DNA from: Dehalococcoidia bacterium
GTDB lineage: Bacteria; Chloroflexota; Dehalococcoidia; UBA6926
Assembly: GCA_965247995.1 (NCBI GenBank)
Contig: OZ252041.1
Location: forward strand, 728,377 to 792,376
Direction of reading: 5' to 3'
Length of the DNA stretch: 64,000 nt
The position numbers and the translations under genes are program-made. Below, one piece after another: positions 9,989 through 19,357 of this stretch. The notes below the pieces were generated by a model. It did no database searches and had not been told where the DNA came from. It saw nothing but the letters and a program-made list of their open reading frames with translations. Every line of letters starts with the position of its first letter. Position 1 is the first letter of the stretch.

Positions 9989-12310
9989 ATGGCCAGTGGG
10001 GTAGCCAGCTCCGACGACGTCGCAGGGAGGGATCGCGATAGCGCGAGTATCCTCTGGTTCGCCGACGTCAGCGTGGGCGACGTGGGTCTCGTAGGTGGGA
10101 AGGGCGCCAACCTGGGCGAGATGACGCGCCACGGTGTGCCAGTGCCGCCGGGGTTTATCGTGACGGTCACGAGCTACCGGCGCTTCCTGGTCGAATCCGG
10201 TTTGATCAATGTGCTCCACCGCATTTTCGATGGCCTGAACGTCCACGACGCCGACGTGCTGGCCTCCGCGGCGGAGCGCGCACAACGCACGATCACGGGG
10301 TCTCCGATGTCCCGAGCCCTCGCTCGAGAGATCACGGAGTCCTACGAGCGCCTCGGCAGCGGGCTCGTGGCGGTCCGGTCATCGGCTACCGCGGAGGACC
10401 TTCCTGACGCCTCGTTTGCAGGTCAGCAACGGACCTACCTCAATGTGCAAGGCATCGAGGCGGTCCTCGAGACCGTGAAGGGGTGTTGGGCCAGTCTGTT
10501 TGAGGCGCGCGCCATCTTCTATCGGGAGGAACAGCACTTCGACCAGCTCGGTGTCGGCATTGCCGTCCCCGTGCAACGCATGGTGCAGGCCGACGTTGCC
10601 GGCGTGATGTTCACGGCCGAACCGACGCGCAGCGACCGGACGAAGGTGTTGGTGGAGGCCGCCTATGGCCTCGGCGAGTCGGTCGTGTCCGGCGAGATTA
10701 CGCCCGACACCTATTTGATCGACAAAGAGCGGGGGGAGATCCTCGAAAAGAAGCTCGTCCCGCAAAGTTGGAAGCTGGTACGCAACGTCGATGCCACCAG
10801 GACGGACGACCTCAACATCCGCGAAACGGTGGCAAGTGAGCACAGCGCCGCCTTGAAGCTCACCGACGACCAGATCGGCGAGGTCGTCAAGTTGGGCCTC
10901 CGGCTCGAGGAGACCTACAGCCATCCGCAGGACGTCGAGTGGGCCTTTGAGAACGGCCGGCTGTACTGCGTTCAAACTCGGGCGGTCACGACGCTCAGCG
11001 ATTCGGTTGGACAGACAGCCGGGCTCGAGGTCGATCAGGGCGTCAACTCGTTGTTGCTTGCCGGATCGCCCGCCAGCCCCGGGAGCGCCGTCGGTCCGGT
11101 CAAGATCGTGCTGGATGTCGGACAACTCGGGGTCGTCCATGACGGGGACATACTCGTTACGGAAATGACTACTCCGGATTACGTTCCGGCGATGAAGCGA
11201 GCCGCCGCCATCGTGACCGATCAGGGCGGCCGGACTGCGCACGCCGCAATTATCAGCCGAGAACTGGGCATCCCTTGTGTGGTCGGCACGGAGACTGCCA
11301 CGCGGGACCTCGCAACCGGCCAGATCATTACGGTCGACGGCTCGACTGGGGCGGTATACGAGGGTGAAGTCGACGGGGCCGGTCAGCGGTCGGAGGACGA
11401 AGAGGAGTCGGAGCGACTCCGTACTCGTACGAACATCTATGTGAATCTGGCCGAGCCGGACCTCGCGGACGTCATCGCCAAGCGGAACGTCGACGGCGTG
11501 GGGTTGCTCCGTGCGGAGTTCATCGTCGCCCGCATCGGCGAACACCCGCGCCTGATGGTCAACGAGGGCCGTGGGCACGTGTTCGTCGACCGGCTCGCGG
11601 AGGGTCTAGAGAAGTTCGCGGCCGCGTTCGACCCCCGCCCGGTGATCTACCGGACGACCGACTTCAAGACCAATGAGTACCGCAACCTCCGAGGCGGGGA
11701 CCAGTTCGAACCCGAGGAAGAAAACCCGATGATCGGGTACCGAGGCGCGGGCCGGTACGTTAAGGAGCCGGACCTTTTCGCGCTAGAGATCGAAGCGGTC
11801 AAACGGGTCCGGCAAGATCACAAGAACTTGCAGGTCATGGTCCCGTTCGTCCGGACTGTCGAGGAACTTCGGCACACGAAGACCCTCATTGAGCAGTACG
11901 GTTTGCGGCGCGGGGAGGACGACTTCAAGCTGTGGATGATGGCCGAGATCCCGGCGAACGTGCTTCTGCTGGACGAGTTCATTGATGTGGGCATTGACGG
12001 CATTTCGATTGGGTCGAATGACCTGACGCAGTTGGTGCTCGGTGTGGACCGTGACAGCGCGATACTCGCGAACGACTTCGATGAGCAGAACCCCGCCGTC
12101 ATGAAGGCTCTCGAGCTGATCGTCACGACCGCGAGGCGGCGAGGCATCACCTGCTCGATCTGTGGTCAGGCGCCGAGTTTCTTCCCGGAGCTTACGGAGA
12201 AGCTGGTCGAATGGGGTATTACGTCAGTGAGCGTGTCGCCCGACGTCATCAACACGACACGCAGGCTTGTCCGCGAGAAGGAAGAGAAGTGGGGGATCGC
12301 CCCTAACTAG
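9989..12310 (+). CDS. ppsA: Phosphoenolpyruvate synthase (pyruvate, water dikinase)
   Basis: ORF 9953..12310. ATG at 9989 follows GGAGG. Motifs VGGKGANLGEM, phosphohistidine swivel GGRTAHAAIISRELGIPCVVG, C-terminal PEP-utilising TIM barrel (GISIGSNDLTQ). Confidence 0.9.
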   Translation: MASGVASSDDVAGRDRDSASILWFADVSVGDVGLVGGKGANLGEMTRHGVPVPPGFIVTVTSYRRFLVESGLINVLHRIFDGLNVHDADVLASAAERAQRTITGSPMSRALAREITESYERLGSGLVAVRSSATAEDLPDASFAGQQRTYLNVQGIEAVLETVKGCWASLFEARAIFYREEQHFDQLGVGIAVPVQRMVQADVAGVMFTAEPTRSDRTKVLVEAAYGLGESVVSGEITPDTYLIDKERGEILEKKLVPQSWKLVRNVDATRTDDLNIRETVASEHSAALKLTDDQIGEVVKLGLRLEETYSHPQDVEWAFENGRLYCVQTRAVTTLSDSVGQTAGLEVDQGVNSLLLAGSPASPGSAVGPVKIVLDVGQLGVVHDGDILVTEMTTPDYVPAMKRAAAIVTDQGGRTAHAAIISRELGIPCVVGTETATRDLATGQIITVDGSTGAVYEGEVDGAGQRSEDEEESERLRTRTNIYVNLAEPDLADVIAKRNVDGVGLLRAEFIVARIGEHPRLMVNEGRGHVFVDRLAEGLEKFAAAFDPRPVIYRTTDFKTNEYRNLRGGDQFEPEEENPMIGYRGAGRYVKEPDLFALEIEAVKRVRQDHKNLQVMVPFVRTVEELRHTKTLIEQYGLRRGEDDFKLWMMAEIPANVLLLDEFIDVGIDGISIGSNDLTQLVLGVDRDSAILANDFDEQNPAVMKALELIVTTARRRGITCSICGQAPSFFPELTEKLVEWGITSVSVSPDVINTTRRLVREKEEKWGIAPN

Positions 12311-12788
12311 TTACGGCCCGTTCGAAGGACTGGCCATCGGTAGGGGTTTCTGGCGTTTGTTCCGGACCGACTCCCAATTCGCGGATGAGGTCTTTGACCA
12401 ACGACTCGATCTCGTCCCGAATCGCGCGCACCTCTGAGACCGGCCGACCGGCCGGGTCGTCCAGAGCCCAATCGATGTAACGGCGTCCCAGAACCACAGG
12501 GCAAGCATCAACGCATCCCATGGTCACCACGGCATCCGCTGACTCCAGCATCTCGATGCTGAGTCGCGTTGGGACGGCGTCGGATATGTCGATACCCCGT
12601 TCTGCCATCACCTCGGCGACCACACCATGCACCGTTTGAGCCGGCTCCGAGCCGGCGGACTCGACCCTGACCCAATCGCCGCCCGCGGCTGGTGCGAATG
12701 CGGCTGCCATCTGGGAACGCCCAACGTGCTGCGCGCACAAGAACAGGATTTCGGGTAGATCCGCTGACACGCTGTCTACTTCCGCCAC
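12303..12788 (-). CDS. Arsenate reductase / low-molecular-weight protein-tyrosine phosphatase family
   Basis: CX5R(S) P-loop LCAQHVGRS and downstream TMGCVDACP. The track ORF begins at 12884, but GTG at 12788 gives a family-typical length, so the start is uncertain. The stop overlaps the ppsA stop by 8 nt (convergent). Confidence 0.7.
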   Translation of the reverse strand: MAEVDSVSADLPEILFLCAQHVGRSQMAAAFAPAAGGDWVRVESAGSEPAQTVHGVVAEVMAERGIDISDAVPTRLSIEMLESADAVVTMGCVDACPVVLGRRYIDWALDDPAGRPVSEVRAIRDEIESLVKDLIRELGVGPEQTPETPTDGQSFERAVTS

Positions 12789-12917
12789 GCGCCGGCTTTT
12801 GCAGTTTGAGCGGTGGTCCTGCGTCTCGGCGAGTGTAGTCAACCTGCCGACCCGAACAGCGCTGATTCGCGCGGAACGTCGCACGCTTCACGATCGCACC
12901 GGCGATAATGGCCTTCG

Positions 12918-13598
12918 ATGCTCTTTCTGCTCGCGGACCTCGGCAACAACCCGAGGCTGCTGATCCTGGTCGCGTTCGCGTTCGTGACGGCGCTGCTCGT
13001 GGCGCTTACGTTCCACGAAGCGAGCCATGCGTTGATCGCCAAACGGTTGGGAGACCGTACGGCGGAGCGGTTGGGAAGGATCTCCCTTGATCCCAGACGG
13101 CACCTGGACCCGGCCGGAAGCCTGTTGTTCCTCGCTGCGGGGTTCGGTTGGGGCAAGCCCGTTCCCGTAAATCCGGCGTTTCTGCGAGGCGGCCGCCTCT
13201 CGATGGGACTCGTGTCGTTGGGTGGTCCAGGCGCGAACTTTACGGTCGCGGTCGTCGTCGCCTTGCTGGTGCGCATCTTCAGTCTCGAAATCGAGCCAAA
13301 TTTATTTCGGCCTGACGTCAGTGGACTAGGATCGTGGCTCGGCCTGCTCGCCACGCATTTGATCTTCTACAACCTGCTTCTAGGGTGCTTCAACCTGATC
13401 CCCCTTGCACCACTCGACGGGTCCAAAGTAGCGATCGGTTTCGCCCCTGCAGGGCTTGCTCGGACGCTCGCTCGGACCGAGAGATACGGCCCGATGGTGC
13501 TCATGGGCATCATCATGGCGGACATCTTCCTTCGGATTGGCATCTTGCGGACGGTCTTGTTCCCACCGATCGATTTCCTGTTCCGTATCCTGGTGTGA
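12918..13598 (+). CDS. Site-2 protease family (M50) membrane metalloprotease
   Basis: 226 aa, multi-TM, HEASHALIAKRLGD (HExxH) and downstream NLIPLAPLDG motif. Confidence 0.85.
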   Translation: MLFLLADLGNNPRLLILVAFAFVTALLVALTFHEASHALIAKRLGDRTAERLGRISLDPRRHLDPAGSLLFLAAGFGWGKPVPVNPAFLRGGRLSMGLVSLGGPGANFTVAVVVALLVRIFSLEIEPNLFRPDVSGLGSWLGLLATHLIFYNLLLGCFNLIPLAPLDGSKVAIGFAPAGLARTLARTERYGPMVLMGIIMADIFLRIGILRTVLFPPIDFLFRILV

Positions 13599-13648
13599 CG
13601 TGAAGAGATGACCACGTACAGTGGTGGCATCAACGGAGGGAAGCCCTG

Positions 13649-14683
13649 ATGAACCGAGAAAACGGGGAGTCTGACGCGCGCCGTATCGCCATCATCGGCC
13701 TCGGACAGATTGGGGCTTCGATCGGGATAGACCTTCGAGCCAAGCTCCCGGATATTGAGATCGTCGGGCACGACATCGAGCCATCGACCGCGGGGTTGGC
13801 CCGCAAGCGCGGCGCGGTCGATTCGGTGTCGTATAGCCTCCCCGGCGCGGTCGAGGACGCGGCAATCGTGTTCCTTGCAATTCCGGTGACGGCAATGAAG
13901 GAGGTCATGGGAGCCATTGGGCCCGCGTTGTCGCCGGGTGCGATCGTTACCGACACAGCATCGACCAAGGCCGACGTGTTGGCATGGGCGGAGGAGTTGC
14001 TTCCCCGGAACGTGGAGTTCATCGGCGGACACCCGATGGCTGGTGTCGAGACCCCTGGCGTCGACGGCGCGCAAAGCGGGATGTTCGAGGGCGCAACGTA
14101 CGCAGTGATTCCGTTGGCACAAGCGGCCAGCAGCGCGGTGAAGACGGTCGTCGATTTGGTGTCTCTGCTGGGGGCGAAGCACTACTTCATGGACCCTGAC
14201 GAGCACGACGGTCTCGTCGCTGCCGTCAGTCACCTTCCGATCGCACTATCGATCACGCTCATGTTGTCCGCATCAAGCTCACCGAGCTGGCGAGAGATGG
14301 CCGGGTTGGCAGCAGGGAGCTTCCGGGACCTATCCCGGCTCGCATCCGGTTCACCGGCCATGCACCACGGCATTTTCAGCACGAACCGCGAGTCTGTGCT
14401 CCGATGGATGGATCAGTACCAAGAGGACCTGAACGGCTTTCGGCGCTTGATCGAGCGGGGCGGCGAACCCCTGATGGACCGGCTCAAGCAGGCATTCGAT
14501 GCGCGCGACGCCTGGCTCCGGGGGAAGGTCGTCGAAACCGAGGCGCAGAAGGCCTACGACGAACTCCCGACATCGTCGGAGAACATTATGAGCACGATGG
14601 GCGGAGAGCGGCTGGCTGGGCTTGGTCGCGACATCTCGAGACGCGAGCAAGAGATCGAACGCCGGCGCGAACGCGGATCTTAG
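13649..14683 (+). CDS. tyrA: Prephenate dehydrogenase
   Basis: Rossmann motif IAIIGLGQIGASIG, GGHPMAG, adjacent to aroA. Confidence 0.85.
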   Translation: MNRENGESDARRIAIIGLGQIGASIGIDLRAKLPDIEIVGHDIEPSTAGLARKRGAVDSVSYSLPGAVEDAAIVFLAIPVTAMKEVMGAIGPALSPGAIVTDTASTKADVLAWAEELLPRNVEFIGGHPMAGVETPGVDGAQSGMFEGATYAVIPLAQAASSAVKTVVDLVSLLGAKHYFMDPDEHDGLVAAVSHLPIALSITLMLSASSSPSWREMAGLAAGSFRDLSRLASGSPAMHHGIFSTNRESVLRWMDQYQEDLNGFRRLIERGGEPLMDRLKQAFDARDAWLRGKVVETEAQKAYDELPTSSENIMSTMGGERLAGLGRDISRREQEIERRRERGS

Positions 14684-14712
14684 GGTCGGCTCGGAACACC
14701 GGCGAGAGCTTC

Positions 14713-16032
14713 ATGCGAGCAACCACGACATCGCCGAGCAGGCTCGAGTTCGAGGTTACCCCTCCCGGCGATAAGTCGATTGCGCACCGCTCGCTGATCC
14801 TGAACGCTGCGGCCGTCGGCCGCGCGACCGTTACGAACTTCCCGCGTGGGGCGGACACGCTCGCAACGCTCGCATGCATCCGCGCACTCGGGCTGCGCGT
14901 CACCGACCAGAGGGAGCCCAACGGCGTGACGTCGACGCTGTCGTTTGAGTCGGGCGGAATCGACGGTCTGAACGAGCCTGACCGGGTCCTCGACGCGCGG
15001 AACAGCGGCACGACGATGCGCTTTCTCCTCGGCCTCCTCGCTGGGGCAGACATGACCGCAGTCCTAACGGGAGACCGATCGTTGCGCCGCCGACCAATGG
15101 GCCGTATCACCGAGCCGTTGGGGCGAATGGGCGCGACGATCTGGGGCCGAGCGGACTCGACATTGGCCCCGTTGGCGGTCAAGGGCGGCCGCCTCCACGG
15201 GATCGATTACGAGATGCCGGTTGCCAGCGCCCAAGTGAAGTCAGCGCTGCTCCTCGCCGCGTTGTCAGCCGATGGCGCGTCCGTCATTGAGGAGTCATCG
15301 CCCTCGCGGGACCACACCGAACGGATGCTCCGTGCGATGGGTGCGTCGATCAGCTCGAACCGCGGACGCATCCGCATTACGCCAACCGGCGCGCTACGGG
15401 CAACGGACGTGACGGTACCAGCCGATATCAGCAGCGCAGCCCCATGGTTAATAGCCGGAGCGACGCATCCGAACGCGCGCATCACGATACGGGGCGTCGG
15501 CGTGAACCCGACGCGAACGGGGATCCTTGACGTCCTCCGCCAGATGGGGGCTCGGGTCCGAGTCGGCGATATTCAAGAAGGCGTTGATGAACCGATCGCG
15601 GACATCACCGTCGAGTCCAGTGACCTCCAAGCTGTCGATATCGGAGGCTCACTTATTCCACGCCTGATCGATGAGCTTCCCATCCTTGCGCTCGCGGCAA
15701 CCCAAGCAGTGGGGACGACGGTGATACGCGACGCGCAAGAACTCCGGGTCAAAGAGAGCGACCGGATCGCCACGACCGTCGAGCAATTGACGCGCCTTGG
15801 TGCGCGCCTTGAGGAGCGGCCAGACGGCATGCTAGTCTACGGGCGCCAGAAATTGGCAGGTGGGGCCGTCCGGAGCGGTGGGGACCATCGCTTGGCGATG
15901 ACCTTGGGGGTAGCTGGGCTTCTCGCTAGTGGTACGACCGTTGTCGACGGTTCCGAAGCGGTCGGGGTATCGTACCCAACCTTCTGGGAAACTCTCGAGC
16001 GGATGGGCGGTGATGTAACGCGCCCGACCTGA
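14713..16032 (+). CDS. aroA: 3-phosphoshikimate 1-carboxyvinyltransferase (EPSP synthase)
   Basis: Track ORF 14404..16032 is trimmed to ATG 14713 (MRATTTSPSRLEFEVTPPGDKSIAHRSLIL...). Motifs LDARNSGTTMRFL and RVKESDRI. Confidence 0.92.
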   Translation: MRATTTSPSRLEFEVTPPGDKSIAHRSLILNAAAVGRATVTNFPRGADTLATLACIRALGLRVTDQREPNGVTSTLSFESGGIDGLNEPDRVLDARNSGTTMRFLLGLLAGADMTAVLTGDRSLRRRPMGRITEPLGRMGATIWGRADSTLAPLAVKGGRLHGIDYEMPVASAQVKSALLLAALSADGASVIEESSPSRDHTERMLRAMGASISSNRGRIRITPTGALRATDVTVPADISSAAPWLIAGATHPNARITIRGVGVNPTRTGILDVLRQMGARVRVGDIQEGVDEPIADITVESSDLQAVDIGGSLIPRLIDELPILALAATQAVGTTVIRDAQELRVKESDRIATTVEQLTRLGARLEERPDGMLVYGRQKLAGGAVRSGGDHRLAMTLGVAGLLASGTTVVDGSEAVGVSYPTFWETLERMGGDVTRPT

Positions 16033-16075
16033 CGATTGGCACGGGTCTAACCGAGCTGCTCTTGGAGGCGTGTGA

Positions 16076-16366
16076 ATGGTCCAGGGAGGTCCGGAACTCC
16101 TACACATGGGGTTCGGCAACCACTTAGCGATGAACCGTGTTCTGGCCGTCGTCGCTCCCAGCGCCGCGCCTACGAAACGATTGATCCAAGAAGGCCGGAA
16201 CCGCTCCGCGGTCATTGACATGACAAACGGGCGCCGCACGAAAGCCGTGCTCGTGATGGACAGCGGCCACGTCGTCCTGGCAGCCATCAACCCCGAGACC
16301 GTCGCGAGCAGGCTTACCTCTACGCGCGCCTCCGGACTGCCGTTGGACGGGAACGTCTCTTACTGA
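16076..16366 (+). CDS. remA: RemA/DUF370 family regulatory protein
   Basis: 96 aa. GFGN...NRV..VV.P.SAP.KRLI...R......D.T.GRRTKAVLVMDSGHVVL..I.PETV..R matches B. subtilis RemA from memory. It sits in the conserved position immediately upstream of gmk. Confidence 0.8.
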   Translation: MVQGGPELLHMGFGNHLAMNRVLAVVAPSAAPTKRLIQEGRNRSAVIDMTNGRRTKAVLVMDSGHVVLAAINPETVASRLTSTRASGLPLDGNVSY

Positions 16367-16374
16367 CCGGCCCA

Positions 16375-16971
16375 ATGGGCCCGAGAACGCTCCTTGTCGT
16401 CGTTTCTGGGCCGTCGGCTGTTGGCAAAGACTCGATCGTCGATGCTCTTGTCCTGCGCGGGCTTCCAATAACCGCGGCGATTACCGCAACGACACGCAAA
16501 CCGCGTCCCGGAGAGCGCCATGCGGTCGATTACTACTTCGTCTCGGACGATGCGTTCTCAAGGATGGCTGACGAGGACGAATTGCTCGAGTGGGCAGAGG
16601 TCTACGGCAACCGCTACGGGGTGCCCAAGACGCAGGTCCGCGAGGCGCTGCAGCGTGGCAACTCCGTCGTGGTCCGAACGGACATCCAGGGCGTCGACAA
16701 CATCCGGCGTGTCGAGCCGACCGCGGTCACGATCTTCGTGGCGCCGCCGTCGATTGACTCATTAGAAGCGCGGTTGCGCGCTCGTGGTGGAGTTGGGGAC
16801 GACGACATCGAACGGCGCCTGAGCGCGGCGAGGGAAGAAATGCGGCGGGTGGATTCGTTCGATTATCGGATCGTGAACGAGGACAACGACCTCGACTCTG
16901 CCGTGGACCGAACGGTGGAGATTCTCGAGATTGAGTCTCGGCGGGGGGACCGACGGTCCGCGAGGGTGTGA
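16375..16971 (+). CDS. gmk: Guanylate kinase
   Basis: P-loop VVSGPSAVGKDSI, TTR.PR.GE..G.DY.F, Y.N.YG. Confidence 0.93.
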   Translation: MGPRTLLVVVSGPSAVGKDSIVDALVLRGLPITAAITATTRKPRPGERHAVDYYFVSDDAFSRMADEDELLEWAEVYGNRYGVPKTQVREALQRGNSVVVRTDIQGVDNIRRVEPTAVTIFVAPPSIDSLEARLRARGGVGDDDIERRLSAAREEMRRVDSFDYRIVNEDNDLDSAVDRTVEILEIESRRGDRRSARV

Positions 16972-17034
16972 ACGCGGGAGCTAGACCGTTCGGGAGCTAG
17001 TCAGCAGTACGGTTACACCGAGGCCGTGGTCCCA

Positions 17035-17463
17035 TTATTCCTCAGCTTCTTCACTGATCGACCGATCGATTGATTCCGATGTAAATGTGCCAGTAAGCAG
17101 CGGTATCGTACCTGTCACTAGTGCAGCTGCAATCAAAACTAGGGACATTGCGCCAAACAATTCCGGGTCCTTGGGATGGACATTAGCTTCATCCGCGAGC
17201 CATAAGTAGGCACCGGCCATCGCGCCAAGCCCAATGCACAACCTCCGCATTCGCAACGCTAACGATCCAAGTCTCCGGGGTTCTGTGAAAACCATGGCCG
17301 CCGTGCATAGTGCGATCAGCGCAGCGGAAAAACCTACCACTCCGGAGGGGGCTTCTTCTGTGGCCTCCTCTAGCAGCGCGGTGGTGATCGACATTATAAC
17401 GATAAACATCACCATACTAAACAACCAAGTTTCGAAGTTTTTTTTGTTCATGGGTGCGACCAT
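17035..17463 (-). CDS. Hypothetical 4-TM membrane protein in AT-richer islet
   Basis: 142-aa ORF with four hydrophobic segments and an acidic C-terminus. No family recognised. Confidence 0.5.
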   Translation of the reverse strand: MVAPMNKKNFETWLFSMVMFIVIMSITTALLEEATEEAPSGVVGFSAALIALCTAAMVFTEPRRLGSLALRMRRLCIGLGAMAGAYLWLADEANVHPKDPELFGAMSLVLIAAALVTGTIPLLTGTFTSESIDRSISEEAEE

Positions 17464-17568
17464 CTCGAAACGCTCCGGTGTGCTGTTTCCATCTCGCTTA
17501 TCCTACTGATGCGACACCCCTTCATTACACAGCTGTTCTTCCGGGTCAGAATAGAATCCACAATCACG

Positions 17569-17718
17569 CTAATCGCAAACGGCCTCAATGCGATCGCCGT
17601 TACGGCGAAAGTCCGCCGTATTGAACGTCAGCAGCCTGCGCTCTCAATGCGCGAGCATGGTTGCAACGATGTTGGCGTCGCGAATCTGGTGTCTTCCTAC
17701 CGAAACTTCGCGGCATAA
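17569..17718 (-). pseudogene. Relic of the C-terminal part of a PIN-domain (VapC-like) toxin, 5'-truncated and with an in-frame TGA
   Basis: Hand translation of the minus strand: ...VGRHQIRDANIVATMLAH*ERRLLTFNTADFRRNGDRIEAVCD*. The D..I.A.A.AH(G)..LLTFN..DFRR pattern is the usual VapC C-terminus. TGA at 17644-17646 sits where Gly is expected. Confidence 0.45.
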
Positions 17719-17726
17719 AGCGATCC

Positions 17727-18144
17727 TTAGTAGACGTCCTCTCGCCGGAGGCTCACGCTTTCGGGCCAGGCCTGGTCAAGGTCGAGCCCGTGAACAGCCA
17801 CCTGGGGTTTCCGCCTGAGCGACAGCGTCTCGGCATCCATATTGACATCGGCCGTCTCCCACCCGGCAGCGGTCCATGCAAACGGCCTAACTGTGGCCGC
17901 TGCCGCTCCCTTGATTGGCACACCAGAACCGGTGAAGACGTGCGGAGGCGGACAATTCGAAACCGATTATGGACTCGAGCTCGCGGAGTGTGGTCCTCCA
18001 CCCCCAAGTTTCGAGGCGGCACATATAATTATACAGCATCTGGTACTTACCCCGGGCAGCCATCTCCCGATACTTATGGTCCCGGTCCATCGACATGCCT
18101 CCAGTTAGCGCACGATTGTCAAGATGAGGGGGATGGTTACTCAC
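17727..18144 (-). pseudogene. Small conserved domain protein (KY..L..YL...TL.F.EIE.I.G..L..SAR....W.N.....H...W..AGW....V......V.F.R type; I believe this is catalogued as a DUF), split by a 1-nt frameshift
   Basis: ORF 17887..18144 ends ...SASARLHRFWCANQGSGSGHS*. The overlapping ORF 17727..17921 in the adjacent frame continues ...VRPFAWTAAGWETADVNMDAETLSLRRK. Removing one base near 17890-17893 fuses them into one domain-length protein. Confidence 0.55.
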
Positions 18145-18620
18145 GCCAAATCCATGCGTACGCTACGGAAGAGTTCGAAACATTGCTCCAATGACTGATC
18201 ATCCGCAGTCCATCCCTCGTCAGGCACTTCGTAACCCAGTTTGAGGAGGCGGTTGCGCAACAAATTCGCAGATGAGACGAGGACGATGCCCTCGTTCTCA
18301 GCCGGGTAATGTCCAGGCCAGGGCATAGTATTAAGAAACTGTTGATACACTTGCTCGACGTCTTCAACCATCATTTGGTTGTCGTGTGCTCTTTTGTCGC
18401 GAATCGACGAGTAGATTGCCCATACAACCGACCAACCCACAAATGGCACGGAGATAAGAGCTATCCAAGAGAAAAACAGCGGGTGAAGTGTTATCGCGCC
18501 GATGACCTTCTGGGGTTCGGCTGAGACCAGCATCTGCCAAACAGACAACGTCCCACTGCCAAAGCTAACCCAGAACGAGACTGATCTAATCTGCGTCAAG
18601 AGTATCTTGCGCCGGTGCAT
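18141..18620 (-). CDS. Hypothetical membrane protein (two or three TM segments plus a soluble C-terminal domain)
   Basis: 159-aa ORF. Its stop overlaps the start of the downstream frameshifted gene (ATGA overlap at 18141-18144), which suggests an operon. Confidence 0.55.
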   Translation of the reverse strand: MHRRKILLTQIRSVSFWVSFGSGTLSVWQMLVSAEPQKVIGAITLHPLFFSWIALISVPFVGWSVVWAIYSSIRDKRAHDNQMMVEDVEQVYQQFLNTMPWPGHYPAENEGIVLVSSANLLRNRLLKLGYEVPDEGWTADDQSLEQCFELFRSVRMDLA

Positions 18621-18639
18621 GTCCCTGCTTTCGCTCTGA

Positions 18640-18984
18640 TTGTTTAAGATCTATCATCCGACTTCGATATCCGATGATATCCGGATCGCGAAACGGTTGA
18701 GAGCTTCGTCCTCCGATACTGCTTTCGAACTGGTATCCGAAGTCCTAGAGCGTATTAGTCCGAATCCTTCCGATTATGAACTTGGCATTCGGGGTTTTTC
18801 ATCCCTCTTAGAACAGAGGGAGAGCGTGTTGGACATGGCCATTCTCGGGGGCATGCTCCGAGTGATGTTGAGGCTGAGTAACCGCCCTACCAAAGCGAGG
18901 GATAGGGCCGTCGACGATCAGGAATTAGGGTCTACGGTTCCTCGCCGTTCCGACCTGGCTGCCCGCCGGCGGCGCGCTTTATGA
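18640..18984 (+). CDS. Doubtful hypothetical ORF (TTG start)
   Basis: 114-aa ORF filling the 310-nt gap between the HAD gene and the membrane-protein gene. The central part looks helical, but it has a non-ATG start and its 3' end overlaps the HAD gene. Confidence 0.2.
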   Translation: MFKIYHPTSISDDIRIAKRLRASSSDTAFELVSEVLERISPNPSDYELGIRGFSSLLEQRESVLDMAILGGMLRVMLRLSNRPTKARDRAVDDQELGSTVPRRSDLAARRRRAL

Positions 18985-19342
18985 GGGCGTACGCGCGCAG
19001 CATCTCGGTGTCGTGCGATGACGGATACGAGTACGGGAGGATGTGCATTCCTCCGAACGCATCCACCACCTCCCGGTGATCGTCGATGACGAATTCCGGT
19101 TCGACTTCGACGCCGAGCCTGGCCAAGCTGCGGTGGTGGTCCTCCAAGGGTTTGACGTAGACGCCGCTCACAAACTGAGATAAGCCGTGGTGTTGTATCA
19201 CTCGATGGCGAAGGCCGACGCCGGACCAGATGTAGATTTGGTGTCCGTCGTCCACGAGCGCTTGGAACACCTCTCGTACGTGTGGTCGCAGCGCCCCCTC
19301 GTACGAGATGAGCGTGTAATCGACATCGAAGAAGACGTTCAT
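18932..19342 (-). CDS. HAD-superfamily hydrolase-like protein
   Basis: 136 aa. N-terminal FFDVDYTL (DxDxT nucleophile motif), ...IWSG..., ...VIDDH.... Confidence 0.65.
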   Translation of the reverse strand: MNVFFDVDYTLISYEGALRPHVREVFQALVDDGHQIYIWSGVGLRHRVIQHHGLSQFVSGVYVKPLEDHHRSLARLGVEVEPEFVIDDHREVVDAFGGMHILPYSYPSSHDTEMLRAYALIKRAAGGQPGRNGEEP

Positions 19343-19357
19343 GGCTGGCCCGTCGGA

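Noticed and set aside
12303-12310. 8-nt overlap of the convergent ppsA and ArsC/LMW-PTP stop regions
   Set aside because: Real in the sequence, but short convergent overlaps are common in compact genomes and no special structure was seen.
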